Positions 1 through 10,800 of a stretch of DNA of 64,000 nucleotides are shown here, piece by piece. The notes beneath the pieces were generated by a model that was not told the DNA's origin, did not search any database, and was given only the letters and a program-made list of their open reading frames with translations. The position numbers and the translations under genes were made by a program. The stretch's first letter is position 1; every line of letters begins with the position of its first letter. The stretch is from Candidatus Zhuqueibacterota bacterium (GTDB lineage Bacteria > Zhuqueibacterota > Zhuqueibacteria > Thermofontimicrobiales > Thiofontviventaceae), in NCBI GenBank assembly GCA_016931935.1, contig JAFGDW010000300.1, positions 55,274 to 119,273 on the forward strand. Direction: 5' to 3'.

Positions 1-119
1 TCTGCCGGGCTCCAATATTTTAACAAGTCAATTTCAATGTCACTCTGTGCAAATAAAAATGGTGTAAATGATGCCACGATGAATCCGGCACACATTATAA
101 TTCCGAATCTCTTGAACAT
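1..119 (-). CDS. Partial CDS (N-terminus only; gene runs off the window start): hypothetical secreted protein, signal-peptide-like MFKRFGIIMCAGFIVASFTPFLFAQ
   Basis: Minus-strand ATG at 119..117 lies 1 nt after the stop of the upstream gene (121..123), suggesting translational coupling. The hydrophobic N-terminus ends in an AQ-type cleavage site. Only 39 codons are visible. Confidence 0.3.
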   Translation of the reverse strand, partial: MFKRFGIIMCAGFIVASFTPFLFAQSDIEIDLLKYWSPA

Positions 120-120
120 G

Positions 121-933
121 TTACACCCTCCTGAATTGTTTATATTTTCCTGTTAATTTTTGTACTTCTTGCCACTCCTGCGGCGTGAGTTGTCCTTCCA
201 AGAATTGAATTTGAAACCGACGCTGAAATCCGTTTTTGATGCCCCATACTACTTTATCAAATTTTTTAACAGCGGGATTTATTTGCGCTATTGATATGGT
301 TCTCCGGTACAATTCCTTTGTAAATGAATTTAGATCAATACTCTTTGAATCAGAAATATAGTCGCCAATTTTCAAATGTTCAATTCCCAGCAAAATTGAT
401 CCATGCTGGAGAATTGAATTTTCAAACCGCCGCTGGGCGCTGCCGATTAATTTTTTGCCCTGACAAGCAACTTCGTATCGTGCCGAACTGGAAAAACATG
501 GAAATTGATGGTGATATTCTCCGAAATTTTCCGATGGCTTCTCCTGCAATACCGCAGGGATACCAATTGATTTCAATCCTTCAACCAATCCTTCACTGAT
601 AATATTGTATACGGACAGTGTATCAAAATCAAAATACGGAAACGATTTTGGAATAGAAAAACTATATGTCACTTCTTCGGCATGGAAAACAGCCCGGCCT
701 CCTGTTGGCCGACGAACAACATCGATGCCATCCTCCTGACATTTTTCCAAATCAACATCATTTTCGTCCTGGTTATAGCCAAGCGAAATCGCGTAGGGTT
801 CCCACCCATAAACTCTCAAAACTGGTTTATTATCGCGCGGAACACTAAACTGGCTGATCACTTCATCGATCGCCATATTAGTTGCTGCATCAAGGTGTCC
901 GGTATTGATAAATCGCCAACTTGTATTTGTCAT
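121..933 (-). CDS. Lipoate-protein ligase A / octanoyltransferase family protein (BPL_LplA_LipB catalytic domain)
   Basis: 270 aa. Contains a GGRAVFH motif and the KLIGSAQRR lysine motif typical of the LplA/LipM/LipB catalytic domain. Lies at the end of the lpx cluster. Confidence 0.7.
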   Translation of the reverse strand: MTNTSWRFINTGHLDAATNMAIDEVISQFSVPRDNKPVLRVYGWEPYAISLGYNQDENDVDLEKCQEDGIDVVRRPTGGRAVFHAEEVTYSFSIPKSFPYFDFDTLSVYNIISEGLVEGLKSIGIPAVLQEKPSENFGEYHHQFPCFSSSARYEVACQGKKLIGSAQRRFENSILQHGSILLGIEHLKIGDYISDSKSIDLNSFTKELYRRTISIAQINPAVKKFDKVVWGIKNGFQRRFQIQFLEGQLTPQEWQEVQKLTGKYKQFRRV

Positions 934-1285
934 CTGGTTGCTCGTGCTTGATGGTCATTATTGTGTCCCCCCACGGGAAAATTAGTTCAGGAATAATGTG
1001 TTTGAAAAATTGCCTTTTTTTATATCCTTTCAGTAGCGGATGGTAATGTTGACTTCGACAGGCTCAGTCAACGGTATGGCACGTACCCTGAGCTTGCCGT
1101 CTCGCAGCGGCGCACCGTTCCGATGCATCGGAACACGAACGGGTCGAAGGGTACAATCACCATCATTTATTGAATGGATACTTTTTTTGATATATACTGG
1201 TAACGAAGTGTAATTGCTTATATTTCTGAAAACTCAATTTCCAACATTCTAAAAAATAATAGACATATTAATTTATTCGACCGAT

Positions 1286-2059
1286 TTATCGAATAATACC
1301 TCGTTCACTGCCTCTGATAAAATTAACAACATGCTGGACTTCCGGGCCCATTTCCATTTCTTCTTCAATGCGGGTCAATGCCTGACTCGTATTTAATTTT
1401 GAACGATAGATAAGTTTATAGGCTTTTTTGAGATCAGACATAACTTCCGGGGTAAAACCACGCCGTCTTAAACCAACGGAATTTAAACCGCCGAACGTCA
1501 ACGGCTCTCCGACTGCCAGAATATACGGAGGAATATCTTTATCCACGCGATATCCGCCACCAACGAATGCATGTTTTCCGATTCGTACAAATTGATGAAT
1601 CGGATCCATCCCACCAACGCCAACATATTCTTCGATAAGAATATGTCCCGCCATATTTACAGCATTGGCCAGTATGACCCGATCCTGAATAACACAATCG
1701 TGCGCTACATGAACATACGCCATCAACAGGCAGTTTTTACCAATTTCGGTTTTTAAATGATCGGCTGTGCCACGATTGAGCGTGCAATATTCGCGGACGA
1801 TTGTATTATCGCCAATCTCAATATACGTCTTTTCATTCTTGTACTTAAGGTCCTGGGGATCGGTAGCAATCACGGCACCATTAAAAATTTTACAATCATT
1901 GCCAATTCTGGCGCCATCAGCAATTACCACATTGGAACCGATCACCGTTCCTTTGCCAACAACGACATCAGCTTCGACAATCGTAAACGGACCGATTTTA
2001 ACATCATCATACAGCTCAGCCTTGGGATTGATCAGAGCAGTTGGATGAATCTCTGCCAA
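1286..2059 (-). CDS. lpxA: UDP-N-acetylglucosamine O-acyltransferase
   Basis: 257 aa with a left-handed beta-helix hexapeptide-repeat N-terminus and an LpxA-type C-terminal helical domain (GLNSVGLRRRGF). Located in the lpxD-lpxC/fabZ-lpxA operon. Confidence 0.9.
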   Translation of the reverse strand: MAEIHPTALINPKAELYDDVKIGPFTIVEADVVVGKGTVIGSNVVIADGARIGNDCKIFNGAVIATDPQDLKYKNEKTYIEIGDNTIVREYCTLNRGTADHLKTEIGKNCLLMAYVHVAHDCVIQDRVILANAVNMAGHILIEEYVGVGGMDPIHQFVRIGKHAFVGGGYRVDKDIPPYILAVGEPLTFGGLNSVGLRRRGFTPEVMSDLKKAYKLIYRSKLNTSQALTRIEEEMEMGPEVQHVVNFIRGSERGIIR

Positions 2060-2091
2060 GTGTGTCTCCTTTTCTTTATTATAGCAGTCGA

Positions 2092-3492
2092 TTAACGATC
2101 GACCAGCGCCGCCATCAGTTCTGCTTCACAGACCAGATCTTCCCCCACAAAAGCTTTGCCTGCCATTTTACAAATGGATCGTCTGTATTTGACCATCTCC
2201 AGTTCGAACCGAAGCGTATCTCCCGGAACAACCGGTTTTCTAAATTTCACGTTATCGATATTGGTAAAATACACAAGTTTTTCGCCGGGTTCCATTTCCG
2301 CATTCAGCATAAGAACGCCACCGACCTGGGCCATCGCTTCGATAACAAGCACGCCCGGCATAATCGGGCGGCCCGGGAAATGCCCCATGAAGAAGGGTTC
2401 ATTCGCCGTAACATTTTTAATACCGACCACACGTTCAAGCGGTACCAAATCAAGTATTTTATCGACAAGTAAAAAAGGATATCGATGTGGCAGAATTTGC
2501 TGAATTGCATTGATATCCAAAAATACACCTTTGGTTTTCGGCTCACCGGGCTGATATTTTAACCGGATCTTTTTCTTCTCTATTTGTTTGCGCAGCATTT
2601 TCACCAATTCAATATTTGCTGCGTGCCCAGAGCGAGCCGCCATAATATTTCCGATAATTGGCACACCCAACAAAGCCAAGTCGCCAATAATATCCAGCGC
2701 TTTATGCCGGACCGGTTCATTTTTGAACCGTAACACTTTGCCATCCAAAATGCCATTTTCGCCCAACACAACATCAGCAGGAACGTTGAACATTTTCTTT
2801 AATCGATCAAATTCGCTTTCATCGAGTTTGCGGTCAATAATTACAATCGCATTATCGACATTTCCGCCTTTGATCAATCCTTGTTCTTTTAATTGTTCTA
2901 CTTCACTTAAAAAACAAAACGTACGGGTGGGTGCAAATTCCTTCACAAATTCATCTTCGAGTGAATAGAGTGCGGTGTATTGCGTTCCGAGCGCCGGATT
3001 CCGGTAATCCACCATGCACGTAATTCGGAATGTATCGGATGGAACGACAACAATATCCACGCCGCGTGGCGGATCGGTGTAGGCAATCGTGTCTTCGATT
3101 ACCAAATAATCCTTGGGGAAATCCTGTTCTTCAAACCCTACTTTGAGTAATTTTTCCACGAATGGCATTGAACTACCATCGCCGACAGGTGGTTCATTCG
3201 TGTTGATCTCGACCAGAATATTATCGATTTCCAGGCCGGCAACCGCTGCCAAGACATGTTCAACGGTATGAATGGTCGCACCGTTTTGGGTTATGGTGGT
3301 TCCTCTGGAAATATCGGTGACATGATCTATATCGGCTAAAATTTCTGGTGAATCAGCTAAATCAGTTCGTTTGAAACGAATTCCTGAATTCACAGGGGCT
3401 GGCTTAAATGTGATTGTCGACGCATTTCCGGTATGCAGCCCAATACCGGAAAGCGATATTTCACCTTTGATCGTTCGCTGATTCTTTAACAT
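2092..3492 (-). CDS. lpxC/fabZ: Bifunctional UDP-3-O-acyl-N-acetylglucosamine deacetylase / 3-hydroxyacyl-ACP dehydratase (LpxC-FabZ fusion)
   Basis: 466 aa. The N-terminal half has LpxC motifs ([16 protein letters not shown]...HVLAAVAG) and the C-terminal half a FabZ hotdog fold ([11 protein letters not shown]...[13 protein letters not shown]). This fusion is typical of Bacteroidota and Chlorobi-type genomes. Confidence 0.9.
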   Translation of the reverse strand: MLKNQRTIKGEISLSGIGLHTGNASTITFKPAPVNSGIRFKRTDLADSPEILADIDHVTDISRGTTITQNGATIHTVEHVLAAVAGLEIDNILVEINTNEPPVGDGSSMPFVEKLLKVGFEEQDFPKDYLVIEDTIAYTDPPRGVDIVVVPSDTFRITCMVDYRNPALGTQYTALYSLEDEFVKEFAPTRTFCFLSEVEQLKEQGLIKGGNVDNAIVIIDRKLDESEFDRLKKMFNVPADVVLGENGILDGKVLRFKNEPVRHKALDIIGDLALLGVPIIGNIMAARSGHAANIELVKMLRKQIEKKKIRLKYQPGEPKTKGVFLDINAIQQILPHRYPFLLVDKILDLVPLERVVGIKNVTANEPFFMGHFPGRPIMPGVLVIEAMAQVGGVLMLNAEMEPGEKLVYFTNIDNVKFRKPVVPGDTLRFELEMVKYRRSICKMAGKAFVGEDLVCEAELMAALVDR

Positions 3493-4521
3493 CTATCCTC
3501 CATCCTTCATTTCTTTTATCATGCGCTCCAGTTCTGCGACGCGCTTAATAAGTTCCGGTAATCGTCGCATTGCTGCTTCCTCGCGTTTAGCCTGCATGAT
3601 AGGCCGTGCCGGATATCCAAAATATACCTGATCAGCACGTAATCCTTTTGATACACCGGATTGGGCGCCAATCGTTACGTTGTCGCCAATATCAATGTGT
3701 CCGGCTATGCCAACCTGTCCGCCCATAACGACAGCCTTTCCAACCTTCGTGCTACCGGAAATACCTGACTGCGCAGCAATCACTGTATTTTCACCGATAA
3801 CGACATTATGGGCGACCTGGATCAGGTTATCCAGCTTTACCCCCTTTTTGATACGTGTCTCACCAAGCGTTGCCCGATCGATTGAACAGTTGGACCCAAT
3901 TTCAACATTATCTTCAATAACGACTGTACCCACCTGCGGAATTTTATGATAAATATCCCCTTCGCGGGCAAATCCAAAACCATCGGAGCCTACGACTGTT
4001 CCATTATGAATGATTACATTGTTACCGATCGTCACATGTTCCCGGATTGTCACATTGGGATAAAGAATTGTATCTTCACCAATTGTAACATTTTCTCCGA
4101 TAACAACTCCGGGATGAATTCGTGTACCGCCACCGATGGTACAATTCTTCCCAATATAAACAAACGGTCCGATTGCACAATCATCGTCGATCAACGAATA
4201 TTCTTCGATAACTGCAGACGGATGAATACCGGGATGTAGTGAGTCGTTATCCGGGTAGAATGTTCGTAGTACTGTTAGAAATGCAACATATGCATTTTCA
4301 GTACGAATTACTGTTTTTTGTGTAGCCGGAAAATCCTTATTCACCAATACAGCGGATGCCTGGGTGGTATCCAGAAATTTCGCGTATTTGGGATTTGAGA
4401 TAAAGGAAAGCTCACCGGGACCTGCATCTTCAATTTTGGCGATCCCGGTTATGACAGTAGCTGTTCCACCATCGACTTGCCCATTGACCAACTTGGCAAT
4501 TTCTTGAATCGTAAACTGCAT
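3493..4521 (-). CDS. lpxD: UDP-3-O-(3-hydroxyacyl)glucosamine N-acyltransferase
   Basis: 342 aa with the LpxD N-terminal domain followed by long hexapeptide repeats. Its stop abuts the lpxC/fabZ start at 3492. Confidence 0.9.
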   Translation of the reverse strand: MQFTIQEIAKLVNGQVDGGTATVITGIAKIEDAGPGELSFISNPKYAKFLDTTQASAVLVNKDFPATQKTVIRTENAYVAFLTVLRTFYPDNDSLHPGIHPSAVIEEYSLIDDDCAIGPFVYIGKNCTIGGGTRIHPGVVIGENVTIGEDTILYPNVTIREHVTIGNNVIIHNGTVVGSDGFGFAREGDIYHKIPQVGTVVIEDNVEIGSNCSIDRATLGETRIKKGVKLDNLIQVAHNVVIGENTVIAAQSGISGSTKVGKAVVMGGQVGIAGHIDIGDNVTIGAQSGVSKGLRADQVYFGYPARPIMQAKREEAAMRRLPELIKRVAELERMIKEMKDGG

Positions 4522-4681
4522 GAATTACTCTTTCTTCACCGAGTCGGTGTTCATGGTTACTCAGGTTTCAAATGTGTATTTTCTGTCTTCTCAGTCGCGT
4601 GCCCATCCGCTATGGAAACAGAGACAACCATTTTGAATTTTAGTTAGGCATTATTTTTGAATATACATTTAAATACTTGCA

Positions 4682-5227
4682 CTACTTTTGTGTTGTACTT
4701 CCTTTTTCTAACTCAGCCAGAACTTTGTCTGTCAAATCGGGCATTTTATCACTAGCATAGAGAATATTTCCTGATGCTGTATCAAAAATATAATCGTAAC
4801 CTTCTGCATCGCCAACTTTTTTAATAGCAGCATTAATTTTTTCCAGAACAGGTTCCATAAACTCTTTTTCTTTTGCAAATATTTCACCACGGCCTGGTTC
4901 CCATTTCTGCTGTTGAAATTGCTGGATTTTTAAATACAATGCCTGAATTTCCTGGGCTTTCTCGGATTTTTTGCTTTCGCTCAGCAGCAAGCTTTGTGAT
5001 TCGAATTGGTCCTGCATATCCTGCAGTTGCTTCTGCATATCCAAACCTTCTTTTTGCCATTGCTGATTCAATTCTTCCACTTTCTTTTGCGCATCAATCG
5101 CATCTTTAAATTCAGCAATGATTTTTTGTGAATGAATATAGCCGATTTTTTGTGCAAAGCTACTACCTGTTAACATCAGCACAACTGTTAAAACGATTCC
5201 GAAAACAAACATACGATTGGATTTCAT
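4682..5227 (-). CDS. skp: OmpH/Skp periplasmic chaperone
   Basis: 181 aa. Signal peptide followed by an AQKIGYI..., Q/E/K-rich coiled-coil sequence typical of the OmpH family. Lies in the conserved position between bamA and lpxD. Confidence 0.8.
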   Translation of the reverse strand: MKSNRMFVFGIVLTVVLMLTGSSFAQKIGYIHSQKIIAEFKDAIDAQKKVEELNQQWQKEGLDMQKQLQDMQDQFESQSLLLSESKKSEKAQEIQALYLKIQQFQQQKWEPGRGEIFAKEKEFMEPVLEKINAAIKKVGDAEGYDYIFDTASGNILYASDKMPDLTDKVLAELEKGSTTQK

Positions 5228-5363
5228 TCAAATCCTCCCTAAGATATTGGGTTCATAGCTTCAAGTCTAACGTTTATTTAAAATTCTGTTCTTACTTATT
5301 AACTCTACAATGTTATTTTGTGAAATACAATTCGTCGCGTAAATGTCATTAATTTCAATTCAA

Positions 5364-7679
5364 CTAGAAACTGCGGCCGAAGACAAAGTGCGGATGCCAG
5401 CTCCCGTATTTTTGTCCTGCCGAATTGATATTGTCAAAGCCGTACGCGTAATCAAAACCGATGATGCCAATCATTGGCATGTAAATCCTGGCGCCGAATC
5501 CCACGGATCGACGAAGATTAAACGGATCTACATTCGAAAGTTCAGGCCAGGCCTCACCAGCTTCTGTAAATAAAATACCAAATGTGGTTGGATTTGGAAT
5601 TATCGGGAAACGAAATTCCAACCCGTATTTGAACATCGCTTTACCACCATCCGACGAAACCACGCCCGAAAACGGATCGTTGTAGCCACGTAATGGAATC
5701 GAGCGCGACATGCCTTCGCCGCCCATGAAAAACATTTCCGTGAATGGCAAGGTTGAGTTTTTGTTGAAACCATCCATAAAACCGGCTGTGACATTTGAAT
5801 AGAGTATGAACTTCCAAATTGTCGGGAAAAACCAACCGGCTGAAATGATGTGTTTATGATACTCAACGTTCCCACCGAGTGGGCCACCCGCTACTTCAGT
5901 TGAAATTGAGAATTCAGAACCCTCCGTCGGGAATTCCGGACGGTTGAGACTATTACGTGAAATGATCTGTGTAATACTACTTGAAATGAGCGGCCGTTCC
6001 GCATATTGAACCAGATATTTATATTGCTTTAGCTGATCAATAAGATCCCAGTATTCAATCCGATCGACGCGATAAATCCAGTCACCACGGAAGAAGTTAT
6101 CGGGCCAGCGGAATCTGCGTCCCAATCGAAATGATCCGCCCGTGCTGCGTGAACTGTAACCATAGTAGTAACTGGCATCGCGTTTGGTATCATTAAACGT
6201 AAATCCGGCAAGCGTCGGTGTATCTCTCAGCCACGGCTCAGTAAATCCGATTTGGAATGCCCGGTAGTACCGACCAAAATTCCAGTCGAAACTAAGCCGT
6301 TGACCATTTCCGAACAGATTGTTCATTGCCACGCCAATACTGCCGATTAGTTTATCACGTTCACTCCATCCTGCAGACATGTTCGCTAAATCGGTAGATT
6401 TTTCTTCGACTTCAAATTTTAAATCAATTTTATCTTCGCTAACCGGCCAGTAGTCCAGCTTAACATCAGAGAAATAATTTAACACCCACACTTCGCGCTG
6501 GCTTCGTTCGAGCGCCGCTTTGCTAAATGTATCCCCCGGCAAAATACGCAGTTCGCGTCGAATAACTTTTTCACTGGTTCGGGTATTATTGGCAATGTGA
6601 ATTTTGTTTACTTTGGCAATGTTCCCTTCAAACACCGAGAAGTGAATATTCACCGTATCACTGGCGACAGGAATTTCCCGGGGGTTAATTTGCACCCAAA
6701 TGTAACCCGAATTAAAATAGACGGTGCTCAGGTGTTCAACCACTGCCTTTTGAAGTTTCTCCAGACTGTATGTATCACCGCGCTCAAAATCGACTAATGA
6801 TTTAAGCTCATCGGTTGAATATAATTTATTGCCTTCAAAACTAACATCTCCAAAATAGTATTGATGACCTTCATTAACAGTGAGATCAATAAATAAATCT
6901 TTGCGCTTATCATCGTAGTAAACAGAATCGCTTACGATTTCAGCGTCACGAAAGCCTTCATTTCGATAAAATTTAATAATAAGTTGCTTGTCTTCTTCAA
7001 ATTTTTCACGATCAAAGTCTGCGCCGCGCCACCATTTGTCTTCTTTAATTTCCTTCATTTGTTTGCGTAGTTTGCCATCTTTAAACGTTTCGTTACCAAA
7101 AAAATTTATTTTCTTTACCTGAACCTTGTTACCTTCTTTTATATTAAAACGGAGAATTTGCCGTCCTTCCTGTTCTGCCGGCGAGGTCACCGGTTCGATG
7201 TCCGCGAGCAAATACCCCTTGTCCTTGTACATGCGTTTTAATTTTTGCTTGGCTGCAAAAATGCTTTGTGCCGATAATACCTGACCTCGATAGAAATCGA
7301 GTTCTTTCTCAATCTCATCTTTTTTTATTTTTTTATTGCCATCGAGCTCTATCTTTTCAAGCCGGTCGTATTCTTTTACACGAATTGTCAAATACACACC
7401 GCTTGTTAATTCCCGGTCTATCACCACCTCAATATCCGAAAAGATGTTCAAATTCCAGAGATTTTTAATTGCTTTTTGAATGTCATCACTGGTTATCTCT
7501 TTTCCAATTGACAAGCCTGAATTTATTTTTACGATATTTGCATCAACTGTTTTAATCCCCTCAACTGAAAGGCCAAGCAGTTTCACCGATTGACGTTGCG
7601 CAAATAAGGTTAATGGTAATAAAACCAACAGACTCCCCAACACCCAACGTAATGCAATTTTGGAATTCAACATCATCAT
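5364..7679 (-). CDS. bamA: Outer membrane protein assembly factor BamA
   Basis: 771 aa. Signal peptide, POTRA-like repeats, and a C-terminal Omp85 beta-barrel ending ...GFDYAYGF...HFVFGRSF. Conserved bamA-skp-lpxD synteny. Confidence 0.85.
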   Translation of the reverse strand: MMMLNSKIALRWVLGSLLVLLPLTLFAQRQSVKLLGLSVEGIKTVDANIVKINSGLSIGKEITSDDIQKAIKNLWNLNIFSDIEVVIDRELTSGVYLTIRVKEYDRLEKIELDGNKKIKKDEIEKELDFYRGQVLSAQSIFAAKQKLKRMYKDKGYLLADIEPVTSPAEQEGRQILRFNIKEGNKVQVKKINFFGNETFKDGKLRKQMKEIKEDKWWRGADFDREKFEEDKQLIIKFYRNEGFRDAEIVSDSVYYDDKRKDLFIDLTVNEGHQYYFGDVSFEGNKLYSTDELKSLVDFERGDTYSLEKLQKAVVEHLSTVYFNSGYIWVQINPREIPVASDTVNIHFSVFEGNIAKVNKIHIANNTRTSEKVIRRELRILPGDTFSKAALERSQREVWVLNYFSDVKLDYWPVSEDKIDLKFEVEEKSTDLANMSAGWSERDKLIGSIGVAMNNLFGNGQRLSFDWNFGRYYRAFQIGFTEPWLRDTPTLAGFTFNDTKRDASYYYGYSSRSTGGSFRLGRRFRWPDNFFRGDWIYRVDRIEYWDLIDQLKQYKYLVQYAERPLISSSITQIISRNSLNRPEFPTEGSEFSISTEVAGGPLGGNVEYHKHIISAGWFFPTIWKFILYSNVTAGFMDGFNKNSTLPFTEMFFMGGEGMSRSIPLRGYNDPFSGVVSSDGGKAMFKYGLEFRFPIIPNPTTFGILFTEAGEAWPELSNVDPFNLRRSVGFGARIYMPMIGIIGFDYAYGFDNINSAGQKYGSWHPHFVFGRSF

Positions 7680-7806
7680 TTCTCCTGATAGAACCTATAA
7701 AATAATCAAAAATTATAAAATTGTAAAGAAAAAAATTAGTTATTTATTTTGGTTAATAACAACATTATTTTATCGAATAAACTCAATAACAGTTCGAATA
7801 AAACAA

Positions 7807-10800
7807 TCAATTAATCGGAAATGAATGTCGTAAAAAAATTCGCTTATCTTCCCGTTCTATAAGAAAACTATTATAGTTATACTCCATCTCGAGCAGTAGG
7901 TTCGGATTTATTCTATATTCAAGTCCTAAAGTATGTTTCAATCCCAGTTCTTCACTTTGATGCCGATAATGCCGGGCAGCATCCAACTCACCCGTATATT
8001 GTAAGAAGACTCTGTCTGCAAGATATTTTCCGATCATTACCCGGGTGCTGCGAAACAAAAAAAGTTTTGAATAGGGTTGTACGTATTCATCCCCCCATAG
8101 GTTCATTTCTATTAAATTTCGTGCAAACCGGGAACTTAATCGTACCAGATCCAACCGCAGCGTTCGCTCTAGTTGTCGTTCAAACGGACGAAACAACGGG
8201 CGAAACAATAAATTATCCGTGCTGATACCAATAATATCGGTTGCCTTTTCCTTTATATTCGAGGGTGAATACCCAAGCGAAGCCATGATTTCACCCTCGG
8301 ATCGACCAAGGTTGGGATTATCACTGGTCAACTGGAATTGGATATTATTTAGACGACCGCGAGGGCGTATCTGTCCACTTTCTTCATCCTCAAGCAGGAG
8401 CGTAAGATAAATGTAATTACGCATTCCCATTGAATCGGCAATAACGGCTTTGGCCGAACCGTAGGCAATCGGAAAAATATTGCTCTTATCGAATTCAACA
8501 CCGGCTTTTTCTATACTGAAATTAAAATCCAGATAATCAACCATACCCTCGCTGGATTCCAGTTTGCCCTCAACGTAAAATGTTTCATCAGCTATTATAC
8601 CTTGAAAATCAAGACCCCCAACGCCACTATCTATTACCAGATTGACATAGACATTATCAACACCGCTGGGTATATCCTTTTCATATCGGGCATCTTTTAT
8701 TGGTACTGCTTTAACATCCCAGTTAATGCTTTTTAGTATTCTGACAACCAGGTTATCAGTTTCTTTGGTAGCGTTTGCAAATGGAAACATTATATTTGCA
8801 TTACGTACGTTTAATTTCCCGCGCACCAGAGGATTGGAAATCGGCCCGGCGACGTAAAATGATTCGCAGCTATCTTTCCCGACTAATTCAAAATGACCGA
8901 CCTCACCATTAGCCATTAAACCCGGAATGTGTAACGGCACACCTTTGGGCGCTGTATGGATTGTAAGCACGCCAAAATCCAGTCCAAGCGCTGGTACAAA
9001 CAAGGGTTCCAGCGGATATGCATTACAGATTGACGCTGCTTTTCGATTGCTGAATTGAAAGCGATTATTTTTGACAGTACCATTTATATAATGGATTCGG
9101 ATAAATCCATCTTCATCAATAAGAACATGGGCTGTTATATTTTTTATCTTTGGCGCAACATCGGCAAGTTCCATTACACCCTGTTCAAGTTTAATTTCGC
9201 CACCGGCAAGTTGAAAATTACCGGGACTCCCTGTAAGGTGTAACTGCCAGGTACCCTGACTTTCCGTATGTTTAAAAAATGGAGTAAGATCAGGCAAGAA
9301 TGAGAGAATGTTGCCTGTGCCATCGATTTGAATATCCATGTTCTGAGATGATGAAAATGGAATGAGACCATCTCCATGCAATTTAAACTCATTTCTACGT
9401 TCGATTAATCCGTCACTAATTACCAAACCCGGAGAATTGCTATTACTGGCGCCTTCTCGATCGCCTAATTTAACATACACCGAATCAAACGGAAACCGAT
9501 TTAGTTTACCCTTGCCAATCCGGACTGTACCACCAATATTCACATTTTTAGGTGGGCCGCTAATTAACAAATCAGCATGTCCAAATCCGGAAAGAATTCC
9601 ATTGCGGTTTGCCACAGTTTGGATGAGTGTATCCAGATTAACGGAATCAGCATGAACGTTAATTGCAACCTGGTTGCTATCAAGAAAATAATTCCCATCG
9701 GCATTAAGTACAATATTCGTATCTTTGAGAACGATAAAGTGGCCGAGCTTTAAAGTATCATTAGCGACATCAAAACTTGCGTCCGCATAAAATCCATCCA
9801 CTTGATTGATGGTACCATCGACCATATGTAGTTGCCCGGAAACGACCGGCGATTTTAATTGTCCGGTAATATTAATGTCTCCTGATACTTCGCCGGAAGA
9901 AATAACAGTGGAATCAAGTGCGAAGATATTGTACCAATAATTTAAATCAGCATCCCGCAAGGAAATATTGGCATCGATTTCGTTTGGCTGGTGTGGCCGA
10001 ATAACACCGTTTGCCCTGAATAGCTTATCAAATTCAATTTTTTTTATCAGTATAGAATCGGGATTAATAATAATATCGCCACGTCCATCATAATTATGGT
10101 TGGCAAATTTTACCTGCATATGTCCGATAATTTCCCGGTTTTGGCGATTCTGCACGATACCGACATCCAACGTTCCGAATCGTGGCGGATGCTCTTTGCC
10201 ATTTTTCCAGGCATATGAACCACGAATTGTACTCGATTTTTCGTGCAGTGTGAATTCAAATTCCGAGCGGGTCCAGTCAAGAATATGTTTCAGCGGTTTG
10301 AATTCCGGTAGCTGAAAAACAGTTTCATGAAAATTATCCAACCATACCTGTGTTCCACTAGTGTTCTTATTTTCGCGAATCACAGCTTTAACCGAGCCAC
10401 CATGCTGTTTTGCATTCAGAGCAACCATTAGCTGATGATCGACATATTCAAAATCACCCCCGTAACTTGACAATTCATCATCCCCGTCATAAGCACTGAA
10501 ATCGACAACATTACCTTCGACCTGCGCAAATGTTCCTTTGAGAAAACAATCCAGCTTGTAATCGGCATTGGCTAGTGAAGGCAATGAAATGTTAAACGGA
10601 CTTTTTCCAATAGCATTTACTCGCAGTGATACATTTTCCTGCGCACCGGAATAATCGAGATGTCCCGATGCAGCAATTCCCAACTCATTAAAATTTGTTT
10701 GAAGTTTATTAACCGAAAGGATGGATCGATGAAGCGTTAATTGACTATTGATTTCCCGAAATTCTGATTTGCCGACAAATAGCTGCGGGCATCGAACTTC

